Shown here piece after piece: positions 40,327 through 52,434 of a stretch of DNA of 64,000 nucleotides. The DNA comes from Eledone cirrhosa. Its lineage: Eukaryota. The number at the start of each line of letters is the position of its first letter. Position 1 is the stretch's first letter. The notes beneath the pieces were generated by a model. The model saw only the letters and a list, made by a program, of their open reading frames with translations, was not told the DNA's origin and did not search any database. The stretch spans positions 48,546,001 to 48,610,000 of the forward strand of contig OZ024745.1 of NCBI GenBank assembly GCA_964016885.1, read 5' to 3'. A program made the translations under genes and the position numbers.

Positions 40327-40972
40327 CTAGCAGAATAGCCCGGCGTTGCTCAGGATTTGCTCTAGGGTTCTTATATATTTGATATTTATTTATCCTTATC
40401 GAGCCTCGTGAAATAAATACGTTTGTTTATATTTTGTTATTGTGTATGCAAAAATATCTGTACATGAATATATAATTATATATATATACATATATATATT
40501 AAAATAACAGATTAAAGTTTAAGCAAAGAATCCCCGCTTTCACCCTTAACGGGATCTTCTGAAACTAAAAAAAATCAATCTGTGAACGCAGAAGTAAATA
40601 TTTCGAAAAACATTACACACTATATATATATATATACACACACACACTATATATACATATATACACACACACATATATAGTGACGTCATAATGTCGTAAT
40701 GCAGACAGCCAGACATACAGACAGATATTATAAGGGCACAACGTTATATCTATGTATCTATCTAAAAAGAGAAAGACTAAGAATTATAGAGAGAGATCGC
40801 TAAATCACCTAATGCGGTCCCTAGGGCATTGAAAATTTGAAATATGTTTTACTCAAAACACTCACAGGACCATAAGTATTACATGTGTAAAGTTTGAAAA
40901 CAATCGGTTGGGTGGTTCTCGAGTTTTAGGGTGTCAGACAGACAGAGACATTTTCTGTTTTAGATATATAGA
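40327..40972 (-). mobile_element. Non-autonomous Helitron
   Basis: Minus strand 5' a|TCTATATATCT, (CTGT)n near the 5' end, subterminal GC-rich hairpin CCTGAGCAACGCCGGG, 3' CTAG|t. Confidence 0.8.
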
Positions 40973-41124
40973 TAATGGTAAATTTAACAAGGCATAGCAT
41001 CACGAGAAATAGTTTTTAACAACTGTTGTTGAGATGAGTTTTGGTTGAATCTTTTGAAAAATAAACCTTAAATTCTATTTAACTTTTAAAGTTCACTATA
41101 TGTTTATAATTTCATCTGTTTCAG

Positions 41125-41354
41125 ATATTGGACCTGTTGTAAAAACCACAGACCCAATAAAGTTCCAAGAAGAGCTACGTAATCTCTATCCACAAGGAGG
41201 AGGGGATTGTCCAGAGATGAGTATTGGTGCAATAAAGAAAGCTTTAGAAGAATCTCTACCACACTCCTTTATTTATGTCTTCACTGATGCCAGGTCTAAA
41301 GATTTTAAACTCACTAAAGAAGTATTATCACTCATACAAAACAAGCAAAGTCAG
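41125..41354 (+). CDS. HMCN1: Internal coding exon of hemicentin (N-terminal VWA domain)
   Basis: (D)[76 protein letters not shown] matches the hemicentin GGGDCPEMS...[12 protein letters not shown]...KQSQ signature; acceptor TTTCAG at 41119-41124 (phase 1), donor GTAAAT at 41355 (phase 0). Confidence 0.93.
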
Positions 41355-41395
41355 GTAAATATCATCAATTTTCTTTACTGTTTGTGCCCCTTTAA

Positions 41396-41587
41396 CCCTT
41401 TAGCATTTAAACCAGCTGTATCCGGCAAGAATTATTTCACATCTTTCTGTTTAAACTAGCCACGACAAGCTGCTCATACTTATGTTAATAAATAATATCA
41501 AAATCTCATAGATACGATATTTTGTGAGATAAAGTGTTTACCATGAAAATACAATAGTACATATAGAGTAATGTAAATGTTAAAGGG
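41396..41587. mobile_element. piggyBac-type MITE, family A (opposite orientation), about 40 bp downstream of the exon donor
   Basis: TTAA TSDs at 41392-41395 and 41588-41591; TIR CCCTTTAGCATTTA / TAAATGTTAAAGGG. Confidence 0.9.
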
Positions 41588-42228
41588 TTAAACATATATA
41601 CAAGCATGTTTTTCTTTTATACCACATAAAGTGTTCAATATTTTCCACTCTATAACTGCTGGAAAATAACCTGAGTGATAGACTTGATAAGATACCCACA
41701 GCCAATTGAGTGGTTGACAGTTCAAACCCTGTCCCCAGCACTGTATTGTTTTTGTGGCTAAGATTCTAACATCCCAGTCCTCTTAGTTATAAATAGATGT
41801 TGTAAGGTAGGAATAACTCACCTTTGTAAGTAGTGGTAGAACTATAAAACAGACTTATGTTTCATTAGCTTGCAATACTGAGTTCAACTGTACATATAGA
41901 TATAACTTGAAAAAAGATAGACACTTCAAACTATACCCATAGCTTGTCCTAAATACACTACACAACCCATACTGTTATGGAACTTGCCATAAATAACAAA
42001 CATCAAAGATTATTGGTAAACTCCTAGAAAGCCAAATTTGAAATGCATCTGACCATAAATGTATATATATATATATATGTAAAGTTATATTTAAAATTGT
42101 TGGGTTACAACTAGTAAATATTTATAACTGATATATTTGTATTTCACTGCTAGAGTAAACCTCTTCAAATGAAGTTGATGTTTATTACGGTATGTCGAAT
42201 ATATTTATCTATAAAACTGTTTATATTG

Positions 42229-42294
42229 TATTTTGTCTGATGAAGGCATAGCATATTGTTAATATGATATCCCCGAAATATATATAATGAAATA
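42229..42294 (+). ncRNA. Minimal type I hammerhead ribozyme motif
   Basis: Stem I TATTTTGT/ATGAAATA; CTGATGA at 42237-42243; imperfect stem II; GAAA at 42275-42278; palindromic TATATA stem III; AUA cleavage triplet. Confidence 0.75.
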
Positions 42295-42332
42295 GATATG
42301 GTTTTATAAATATAGTTTTCCATTTATTTAAT

Positions 42333-42373
<41 letters not shown>

Positions 42374-42379
42374 TTATGG

Positions 42380-42436
<57 letters not shown>

Positions 42437-42535
42437 TATTGAAGTTTCCGTTGAAAATTGAAAAAGTCATAGGAGTGAAGAGTGCTCTATGTAAGTACCA
42501 GAGCTAAATTTAATGTATAATAAACAATACAATAT

Positions 42536-42613
42536 AATTACCTCATTACCAGAGGTTTCCCAAATAAGACGAATACAAGAAACGTCCTTATTCGTTCGTC
42601 AGACAAGGCAATT
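42536..42613 (-). ncRNA. Type I hammerhead ribozyme motif in the inverted pLTR
   Basis: Minus strand AATTGCCTTGT-CTGACGA-stem II-GAAA-CC TCT GG-TA-ATGAGGTAATT (11-bp stem I, GUA triplet); first stem II pair is A.G. Confidence 0.75.
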
Positions 42614-42967
42614 TAAAACAGTGAAATATTTGAAAAATCTCCTCAAGAAAGGCAAAAGTTTGACGGGCAAAAAAATATATAAATAAATATATAAATAAAA
42701 GTATTGCAAGAGATATATAAAAATATATAAATAAATATATAAATAAATATATAAATAAATATATAAATATATAAATAAAAGTAATGCAAGAAATATATAA
42801 AAATAAAATAAGGAAATATCGTTAGGGTATGTGTATAAATGTGTGTATATTCACTCACAAATGTACATATGTGTGTACAAATGTACAAATGCATGTGTAT
42901 AGTGGAAACATGTGTGCGTAAGTACATATATGAGGGCAAGCATATCAGTGTATGTGTGACCACAAAT

Positions 42968-44894
42968 ATGACCGCTTTTGAACTAGACTTAGTTAATTTC
43001 ATCAACCAAATCAAATTCCGTAAGTATTCTAACCCTTTTCAATCTAAACTATCTAACGATATTTCAATATTCAAATCTTCTAAAAATAAGTTCATTTTCT
43101 CTGACAAAACTAAAAACTTATACGAAGTTAATAATAACTTACATGACCAACTCTTAACAGATAACATCACCTCTAAATACCAAATAGCTAATATAAACAC
43201 CTATAATACTATAAATAAGGAAGCTAAAGAATTAGCTAGTTTTTTTTAAAATAGACAATAGAACAGAAAAACTTGCTAAACGTATCACCCTCAAAGATCA
43301 CAAACCTGATTTTATTAATCGTCCTAGTTGTAGATTAATCATTCCAGCTAAAACTGAAATTGGGCTTGCTAGCAAAAAAATATTAAATAATATAAACAAA
43401 CATGTTAGAAGTAAGTCTGAATTACTCCAATGGATAAATAGCTCTTCCGTAGTACATTGGTTTAATAATATTAAAGATAAAAATAGTTCTAGATTCACCC
43501 AATTTGACATTGTAGACTTCTACCCGTCTATTACTCACCCTCTTTTAACGAAAGCCTTAAATTTCGCTAGAAAGTTTATCAATATTTCTGATATTGAAGA
43601 GAATGTCATTTTGCATGCTAGAAACACTTTACTATTTACTAATAATGACACTTGGGTAAAAATATCTAACCCAGAGAACCCATTCGATGTCTCAATGGGT
43701 TCTTTTGACAGTGCTGACGTGTGTGATTTAGTCGGCATATTCCTCCTACACACACTTAAAGAGAAATTCCCTAACCATACCTTTGGGCTTTATCGCGACG
43801 ATGGTCTAATACTTTCCCATACCACTATAGGCCATAACTTAGATAGATTAAGGAAAGACTTAATAAAAACCTTCGCTAATTTTAATCTTAAAATTACCAT
43901 TGACACTAACCTTTCCAATGTTAATTTTCTAGATATAAACCTAGATCTGCCTACTGCTTCTTATAAACCGTACTATAACCCTAATGAAAATTTAAAATAT
44001 ATAAATAAAGGCTCTTGCCATCCTCCTATAGTTTTTAAAAATCTTATCCCTGATATTAGCCGTAGGATCTCCACCCTCTCTTCCTCAGAAGCTATTTTCA
44101 ATAAGGCATCCCCCTACTATAATAAAGCCCCTCAAAATAGCGGATTTAGCGAACTGATTACGTACATACCCAACAATACTAACTCCTTTAAACATAATAA
44201 TAGGAAAAGAAAAATAATCTGGTTCACATACCCCTACTCTTTAGCAGTTAAAACTAATGTAGGCAAAAAATTCCTAGAGCTCTTAGATAAACATTTCCCT
44301 AGAACACATAGATACTATAAGATCTTCAATAGAAACTGTGTCAAAATCAGCTACTCCTGCGGTCCCCCTATTAAATCTTATATCCTCAATAAGAAAATAC
44401 CCAGAGAACATCAAAATTGCTCCCGTAGAGTCAAAAGTGAATGCCCATTACAAGGTAAATGCAATACCAAAGTCATTGTATATGCGGCTAAAGTGACAAC
44501 CACCAGCAACAACCTACCAACCACCAGCGAATGATATGTGGGTATGACACAAGACAAATTCAAAACGCGTTATTACTCACATGTCGCATCTTTCCGACAT
44601 CCTGAAAAAAGATTTACAACAGCTCTGGTTAGCAGAATATGGGATTTGAAAGATCAAGGTATCCAATATAAATTAGATTGGTCAATTTTGAACCAATCTA
44701 AAGAATATGCAAGAGGAACAAGAAGATGCACACTCTGCATAAATGAAAAATATTGGATTTTACAGAACCTTAAATCACCAAAAACCTGCCTAAATGCAAA
44801 AACAGAAATTTTCACTAGTTGCCCACACATGAAATCACACTTGTTTTCCACCTCATATAAACTTAACTCACTTTCAGATAATTATCCTCCATAA
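42968..44894 (+). pseudogene. PLE RT-GIY-YIG ORF with one frameshift (T8 run 43240-43247) and one in-frame TGA (44532-44534)
   Basis: SDKTKNLY, ITLKDHK, CRLIIPAKTEIG, FDIVDFYPSI, FDVSMGSFDSADVCDLVG, LYRDDGL, FLDI, CPLQGKC, IVY...YVGMT...FKTRYYSH, CTLCINEK, LNAKTE. Confidence 0.88.
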
Positions 44895-45340
44895 ACTCTT
44901 GTTCTTCACTTTCCTTAAATTACCCTCTTTACAGACTTCTCTTTCTGATTTACTTTTATTTTTATTTTTAACTTTATTTTTACTTCACATCCACCAGTGA
45001 CCCCCCCCCCCCCCTTGCTTTTTGATTCACTTATTTTATATCTTCACAATTTTACATATTTTACTTCCCCATTCTCTTTCACTACCTGATACCGCATGTC
45101 ACTTGCGTTTTCAAATCCAGATATATTCTGTTGTCTCTCAGCCGCTTTTATGTATGTTTACTTGCGTATAATTTGTACTCATTTATTCATACGTCTGGTT
45201 TTTATATTGTATCTATGCGTGTGAGCATATGTATACGATTGCATTCGTATGTGTGCGTGTGTGTGTATATGCGTGTGTGTATGTGTGTTCTTATATCTAT
45301 GTTTTTTACATACTTATATATATGTGTGTGTGTGTGTATG

Positions 45341-45383
<43 letters not shown>

Positions 45384-46143
45384 ATGTATGTGTGTATATA
45401 TATAGTCGCGTGCGTGCGTGTGATTAGATGTACATGTACGTAGATATATATGTGCTTCGTCTGTATGTATGCGCGCCTTTGTATTTGTGTACGCATGTAT
45501 GTGCTTTTGTCTGTACGTATTTATATATATATTTATATATATATATATATGTGTACGTGCGAACCTATGTATGTTTTCTATTTTTTCTAGTGTTACTTTA
45601 TAATTGATGACCCCTCCCTCTTTGATTTAATTTTTTTATTCTCATATATTTTTTCATTCTTTCATTTTTATATATGTATCGACCTTCAGCCTGACACTGT
45701 TTTGACTTATACACTCCCTTCCCTGTATATATCACTCGTATGTATGTGGTTGCGCATGTGTGTGTGTTTATACGCGTGCTTTCATAGTTGTATGTGTATA
45801 TATTTCAATCCTTAGTACCTGAGTCTCGATGTACGTTAACTTTATTATCTTACAATTTCTTTTTCAACATATATTATATACGTATTTGTGGTCACACATA
45901 CACTGATATGCTTGCCCTCATATATGTACTTACGCACACATTTTTTTACTATACACATGCATTTGTACATACACACATATGTACATTTGTGAGTGAATAT
46001 ATACACATTTATACACATACCCTAACTATATTTCCTTATTTTATTTTTATATATCTCTTGCATTACTTTTATTTATATATTTTTTTGCCCGTTAAACTTT
46101 TGCCTTTCTTGAGGAGATTTTTCAAATATTTCACTATGTTTTA

Positions 46144-46212
46144 AATTGCCTTGTCCGACGAACGAATGAGGACGTTTCTAGTATTCGTCTTATTCGGGAA
46201 ACCTCGGTAATT
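46144..46212 (+). ncRNA. Decayed hammerhead copy in the 3' pLTR
   Basis: Core reads CCGACGA (U4 to C) and the 3' strand of stem I is partly deleted relative to 42536-42613. Confidence 0.55.
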
Positions 46213-46351
46213 ATATTGTATTGATTATTATACATTAAATTATATATATATATATATATATGTGTAAATGAAGTCGGAAAAGTCCAGGAAAAAAGAGTGC
46301 TCTATGTAGGTAACAGAGCTTAATAGTTATGTAATAAACAACCAGGATTTT

Positions 46352-46409
46352 TTCATTCTGATGATTGAAAGCAAAATTTTTTGCTTTTAAGAAACCACTG
46401 GTAAATGGA
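46352..46409 (+). ncRNA. Minimal type I hammerhead ribozyme motif with intact core
   Basis: Stem I TTCATT/AATGGA; CTGATGA at 46358-46364; stem II TTGAAAGCAAAA/TTTTGCTTTTAA; GAAA at 46391-46394; CC ACT GG; GUA triplet; outer stem ATAAACAAC/GTTGTTTAT. Confidence 0.82.
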
Positions 46410-46484
46410 ATAATTGCCTTATGTTGTTTATATATATATATATATATAAACCCATGCTAGCATGGACGTAAAATGGTGATGATG

Positions 46485-46487
<3 letters not shown>

Positions 46488-46515
<28 letters not shown>

Positions 46516-47248
46516 GCTTTCTTTATTAACCACAAGGGTCTACATAAAGTAGACATTAAGGACAGTACAGGACAATACAGGGCGGTACAAATGGGCATTT
46601 CTGCGTGTAAAAAACAAGAAACAGAGGATGTAATAATAGAACAATGAAAAAATTCCCCAATAGAGGGAGACTTCTGAGGGACATTCGTGGAGAAAGACCA
46701 TTAAAAAGCCACAGTGACCCTGACCACCAGGGCAAGTGCCTCCTCCCAGTTTTCCACCTTTAATTTACAGACACATACTCAGAGTAGGCCCATTCACTTG
46801 GGCCATTCTTGCCTCTCTCACCCATCTTTCAACAAAATGCTGGGAAGAGAGCACTTCCTTTTCTACCCTGATTTTCCTTTTTAAATGAAATTTGAAAAAG
46901 TTAATCAGGGCATCACCGAAGAGGCAAGTGCTCGTCTTCAGCCCTTTCAAACGTGTCCACCATACTATCTCTTTCGCCATGGCCACCAGACAGATAAAAA
47001 CTGCCTGCCCTTCCCGGCTAAAGGAAGAGGGCGGGGCAATCCTCACGATGGACTCAGCTGATAGCTGGATCCGTCCTACACGCGACAGCAGGTGTTCGAC
47101 ATAAACCCACAAGTCAGCAATGCTCAGACACTGGACGAGTGCGTGCAGGACGGTTTCATCGCCCTGCGTGCATCTCGGACATGCCCGGCTGACGGCACCT
47201 CCATGCCTGTAGAGTTTATCCCGAACTGGCAAATCTCCTCGGTAGCAC
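46488..47248 (-). mobile_element. Tx1/L1-clade LINE 3' end (zf-RVT region + 3' UTR) in a (TAA)n target
   Basis: YRGDLPVRDKL...CPRC..GDETVLHALVQC...LW CCHC motif, stop at 46765, AATAAA then (ATT)n tail; TAATAATA at the 5' junction (47249). Confidence 0.88.
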
Positions 47249-47829
47249 TAATAATACAGTGGTTGTAGGTGCTCTAGGAATGATTACTTATCGCAAATCC
47301 CAGGAAACCCGCGTATAGGAGAAATACAAAAGATAGTACTAATGGGAACTGCCCATATACTAAGGAATATTCTGTCAATATAAGTACATCACAAGTCTAA
47401 ACACCTAAAGATGCATGTGTGTGTATATATGTTCTTTCTTGAACAAGCCAATGGTATTGCAACCACTGCATATAAAAGTCATTTCATTTTTCCAAAAGAT
47501 TAGAAAGGTCTTATGACTAGAATTAATGGGGGTAAATTGTTGACAGAGTTCAGTCCTAAAACTAACAGAAAAATTCCTATGAGAGACTGCCAGAGTCAAT
47601 ATGGGCTCTCACAGTGGTAGTGACAGCAGTTTCAAAGACTGTGGCAGAATCACATGACCTTCTAAAGTGGAGGCAAATAGAATTCATCCCCTAGGGTTAA
47701 GCACACTGTGGTTAAGCACACGGTGGTAAAATTCAAATAGTTGAATCTGTGCCGAATCTCTCAACATGACTAGTTATGCATATAACAAGGACATAAATTA
47801 TATATATATATATATATATAACAAGGAAT

Positions 47830-48118
47830 CTGAGGTGGTGTGCAGAATAGAAGACTGCCTCGATATATTTGATGCACATGAACAATGACCACTGGGGGAA
47901 GATATGCTAGGAAATCCTAGTGAAAGGAAGCCATAGTAGAGATAGACCAAGAAAGACCTGGGCAGAGGTTGTGAGAGCTGACCTCAAATCGCTGAGACTC
48001 ACAGTGATGACGACGAAGGAACGCAATGAGTAGAAAAATTCCATGCTGAGAAGGACCTGGCCAACCCTTGCAAGCATGGAATAATAGACGTAAAAACAAT
48101 GATGGAGATGATGATGAT
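47830..48118 (+). mobile_element. RTE 3' fragment
   Basis: DRPRKTWAEVVRADL remnant; CCCTTGCAAGCATGGA...GACGTAAAA plus (GAT)n. Confidence 0.8.
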
Positions 48119-49110
48119 ATATATATATAACAGTTTGCCACACAGTTTCCATCTAACACATTTTGCAAAATATTAATCAATCTGTAGCTATAGTAGAAGA
48201 TATTTGACCAAGGTGCTTTGCAGTAGGACTGAACCCAAAACCACAAGGCTGCAAGGCAAACTCCTTAACCCTGTAGCCTTTAGGCAAACATCAAAACTGC
48301 TTGTAGGCAGTCTTGAAAACAGCAGTGGTGTTTTATATTCCCTGTTTTGGTTTTTTTTTTTGGTTTTTCTTTTTTGCACTTATAGTAAAAGAAGCAATAG
48401 TCAACTCAAGAAAGTCACTAACATAACAATTATTTTAGTTGATGCTAAGAAGCTAAAAAAGGAAATATGTAACCAAAATTATTTTCTTATATCAATGTTA
48501 TCACATTTGTACAATTCTTTTAGTGAAATTTTATATAAATTCAAAGTTAAGATTAATAAATAAGTTTTGTTTATTTTAACATGAATATTATTATTTTTTT
48601 AATGTATATATTGTAATTAGTTTATGTCCAATTCCACTTCATTAAGTAGAAAAAACATATTTCTCCTTGGTTACACCCTTAACATGTTACAAATGAGTCT
48701 ACCAGATTTGATATTAACTAGTGCTAACTTCATTGACCTGAAAATACTTGTCCAGCTTTCATAGAGTTATAACAACAAAACATCATGTAGTGTCTTTAGA
48801 AAACACCAGTTTTATTTTGCTTTTATTGACTGTACCAAGTTAAGTGAAGTAAAAGATGAAGGAAAACATTTCAGAAAGCTTTAGACAAATTTTGCTCTGA
48901 CACAATCAGTTACTGTAGAAATTAATACAAGTGTCATTTCTTAATCTCTTATCATAAGGGATATTTTATTTGTCTCATCATCATCATCGTTGTCATCATC
49001 GGCATTTTTACACCAATTTTTCCATTTGTCATAAACTCTTCTCGAAAAGTGGCACTATTTTGAAAGTGTCATTCTTAGAAATAGGCAACAGTTCTTCCTC
49101 ACTGAATTAA

Positions 49111-49351
49111 CCCTTTTGATACTGACCCAGCTGAAGCCACCCATAATTTTATGATATACACTCCCTGTTTTAAAGTGTTCATATCTAAATGAAAAAATTT
49201 CAACATAAATTTATAAAGGGGCTAATTGAGTTGTGTTCAAAACAGCAGCTTAATACTGAAAAAGTTATTTTACTAAATGTTTACAAATTTTTAAGCATTT
49301 TCCAAATTAATACACTTAGTGTATTTCATAAGAAATATGTTCACAAAAGGG
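49111..49351. mobile_element. piggyBac-type MITE, family B
   Basis: TTAA|CCCTTTTG...CAAAAGGG|TTAA; related decayed copies near 16735-16975, 34295-34550, 34818-35097, 55365-55450, 61517-61703 and 63440-63610. Confidence 0.8.
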
Positions 49352-50276
49352 TTAAAAGAAAAATTATATGGAGGCAAATAAATTGAACAATGTGTGAAAA
49401 GTGTGCATTTCTTGGACTAATCCTATAAGTTCTTAATGTTGTTAGTGTTGTTAGTGTTGTTAATTGAATTCTATGTAAAAATATATATTTAAAATTGCTT
49501 TAAAATAATTGGGATGGGGGATAATGACCAGTGGCATAGCAAGTGTTCTCAACATCAGTAGCAAAGGCACTTTTGGTTCCCACACCTTAACTGATATGAT
49601 AGGTCAGATGAAATGCTGTACCTTGTTATGCTCCTGATAATAATTTTTTAAATAATATGTAGTTCTGATAAACAAAATCTAACAATTTTAATCTACATTG
49701 GTCTTATTCAGGCTTGCTGCCATTAGAAGCACATATGTCAAATTGTTGAATGATTAAGGGAAATGTTTAGTGTAGGTTCTGGGAGATAAGACACCTTAAA
49801 ATCTAATGTTTCCTGGGGTATGAACTGAGGTAGAAGGGAATATGGAATTATACATGAGATGACGGGTTAGACTCTCAGGGTATTATTCATGGAGTAGAGC
49901 CCCTGTCCTATCTGGTGATGTATTTACTTGAGAAAACCATTAATACCTCTCCTTTTTAACAAACAATAGTATTACATAAGTGAAAGTGCAACTGGAAACA
50001 GCATGCTAAAGAGAGAAGTGAAATTTGCCTTCTCTTTTATCTGCTTTTGTAATTTTGCTTAAAATGCTTCCTTAACATCTATAGCTGACTTTATCCCTTG
50101 TTAAACATTCCATTTGGAAGATATATTTGGTAGAGCACATCCTTATAGTTATATTGCTTCATATCACACATTATCATACCTTTGAAGATTTCCTAATTAT
50201 TTTTTCAAAGTATACGAGTACAAAATTGCAAAACATCATATTTGCATGTATCAACCAAACTATTATATGTGTGCCA

Positions 50277-50582
50277 CCATGATCATCCTCACCATTTAAC
50301 GTCCATTTTTCCACACTAGCATGGGTTAGACAAGTTGTCCTGTTGTGAGACAAGCCAGGTCAGATGACCATGTCTTTCTCATACAGAACTGATTCTGGCT
50401 TGCATTCTACGGCTGGATACCCTTCCTAACACCAATCACATTTACAATGTGTACTGGGTACTTTTTTTCATGACACCTACATTTAGTGAAGGCACATGGC
50501 TTAATGGTTAGAGCGTTGGGCTTGCAATTGGGAGGTTGTGAGTTAGATTCTTTGACCGTGTGATGCATTGCATTCTTGAGCA
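50277..50582. mobile_element. RTE 3' UTR fragment (minus) abutting a tRNA-SINE head (plus, from about 50488)
   Basis: TTTAACGTCCATTTTTCCACACTAGCATGGGTTAGAC tail; GGCACATGGCTTAATGGTTAGAGCG head. Confidence 0.65.
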
Positions 50583-50938
50583 ATTGTTTTTGCCAATGAA
50601 GTTAAATATCAAACGTTTTTATCTGTTTCTTCAAAGCTACACCAAAACATTTTCTCCAAAGATATTTAAAAGGCATTCTCACTATAACTATTCCATTTAT
50701 CAAACTTTTCAATGCCCAACTCAGTTTACAATAATTTTCCCGAACCATTAAACCATTATATGCATTATACATATTGCATGTATTATATGAAATTTTAAGG
50801 GGACACTCAACTGATGACAACAGGAAATAGTAAAACATTTGGATTTTTTCTGTTATCCTCTTATCAAATTATTTACACATCATTTAAACATAAAAATAGT
50901 TGATGGCAGGCCTATTACTACAATATAAGATGATATGC

Positions 50939-50970
<32 letters not shown>

Positions 50971-52434
50971 CATACATACATATATACACCATCATCATTA
51001 CATCATCATATATATCTGCTATCATAGCATACCCAGCACAATTTCTCATTAAATTAAAAAGAAATAACAGCCCCAATAAACAAATCTGCCCTTTCCCTAT
51101 TCTTAAGCAGGCAAGTCCAAGAAGGAGGCATGTAGGCCAGTTGGCAAGGGTTTATGATTTTAAGGGGTTCTATTTGCTATAAGTTCTAATTTGTTTATTC
51201 TGTTCTATAATGTTTTAGTACATCATGTACCCTACATGTACGTATTGATAATCAATCAACAAGATCCCAGACCTCATTTGCGTAACGAGTAGGGTGGAGC
51301 TTGTCAAATCAGACCAAGGAAACAATGTTTCCATTGGTCTTTGCAATTTCTAATACTATCTGTTGGTCGCAACTCCAGGCATCGCCTGGTCTGGGAATCG
51401 AAATCACAACATTATGATTTCAAATCCACTTCTCTAACCACTCAGCCACGTGCCTTCACAGGTACGTATATATACTCATAACTCATCATAAATCACACAT
51501 ATTTAGCATTGATTACTAAAATATTTAATGAGCAGTTTGAAATGGCGCATACATTTCACATCTGTCCTGGGTCTATTGCCAGTTTGGGGTGGGCTTATAT
51601 TTTACATCTGGCCTGGAAACATTAGCAGCTTTGTACAGGCCTGCTCATAAGATATTATAGAGAACATCAGCTCCTTACCTATGTAACACCCATAAATATA
51701 TATATCATAATTATAATACAACCATTCATTTAATATTATATTAAACCCATATTGAAGACATTGGAGAAAAAACTGTTCTTTGCTAAAGTAAGAAAAATAT
51801 TTCAATTCATTAGATTCACCAACCTTTTTGGTAATTCTGTCTGAGCTCTTAGTTTTTCTATCACAACCTCTGACACAATGGAATCATTCATCTCTATGTC
51901 TTATCTCTAAGAGAGGAAACTACTGATATTGCTAAGAAATCTAAGGAGTTGTAGATAACCATTAATTCTTAACATCCTATATCACATGAAACCCCATTAG
52001 TACAATGTCCTTGTGAGGTATAAAACAGCATTATTAGGGCATCACATTATTTTAGTAAACTACAAATGTTCACAGTGATAAATACTATAAACATCTGAAT
52101 TAACAAACCTATTTTTAAATATATTGTGCTAAATTATTACAGGATGTTAAGAGTTAAAGAGTATCTTATGCAACACTTTGAAATTCTACCTTTTCTTATC
52201 TACACCCATTTATATTCCAAGTAATCATATCCAAAGGTAATATAATTCAAATCATGATTTCCAAATGGTTTATATATTTAAACAATGCTATTAAAATGAA
52301 AATGGTTGCAACCTTCTGAAAGAAAATCTAAATCTAATAAGTTTATACTTGAAGCCAACAATTGCAATATATCTTCTAATGTCAACAGTATCCTTTCAAT
52401 ACTTCCCAACAGCAACTAACTTCTTTTATCCTTC

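Larger units (their letters stand above)
42435..46241 (+). mobile_element. Penelope-like retroelement with C-terminal GIY-YIG (probably Hydra clade), 5'-truncated, with inverted pseudo-LTR, inserted in (TA)n
   Basis: RT-EN ORF; 42507-42968 is an inverted copy of 45883-46241; hammerhead motif in the repeat; (TA)n on both sides. Confidence 0.88.

Noticed and set aside
41100-41459. ORF-track 119-aa protein as a complete gene
   Set aside because: Only 41125-41354 is hemicentin-like; the flanks are intron and a MITE
44532-44534. In-frame TGA in the PLE as possible selenocysteine
   Set aside because: Sec-encoding PLEs are described among N-terminal-EN Naiads at Cys positions; this TGA precedes YVG at a non-Cys position and I recognised no SECIS, so a nonsense mutation is more likely
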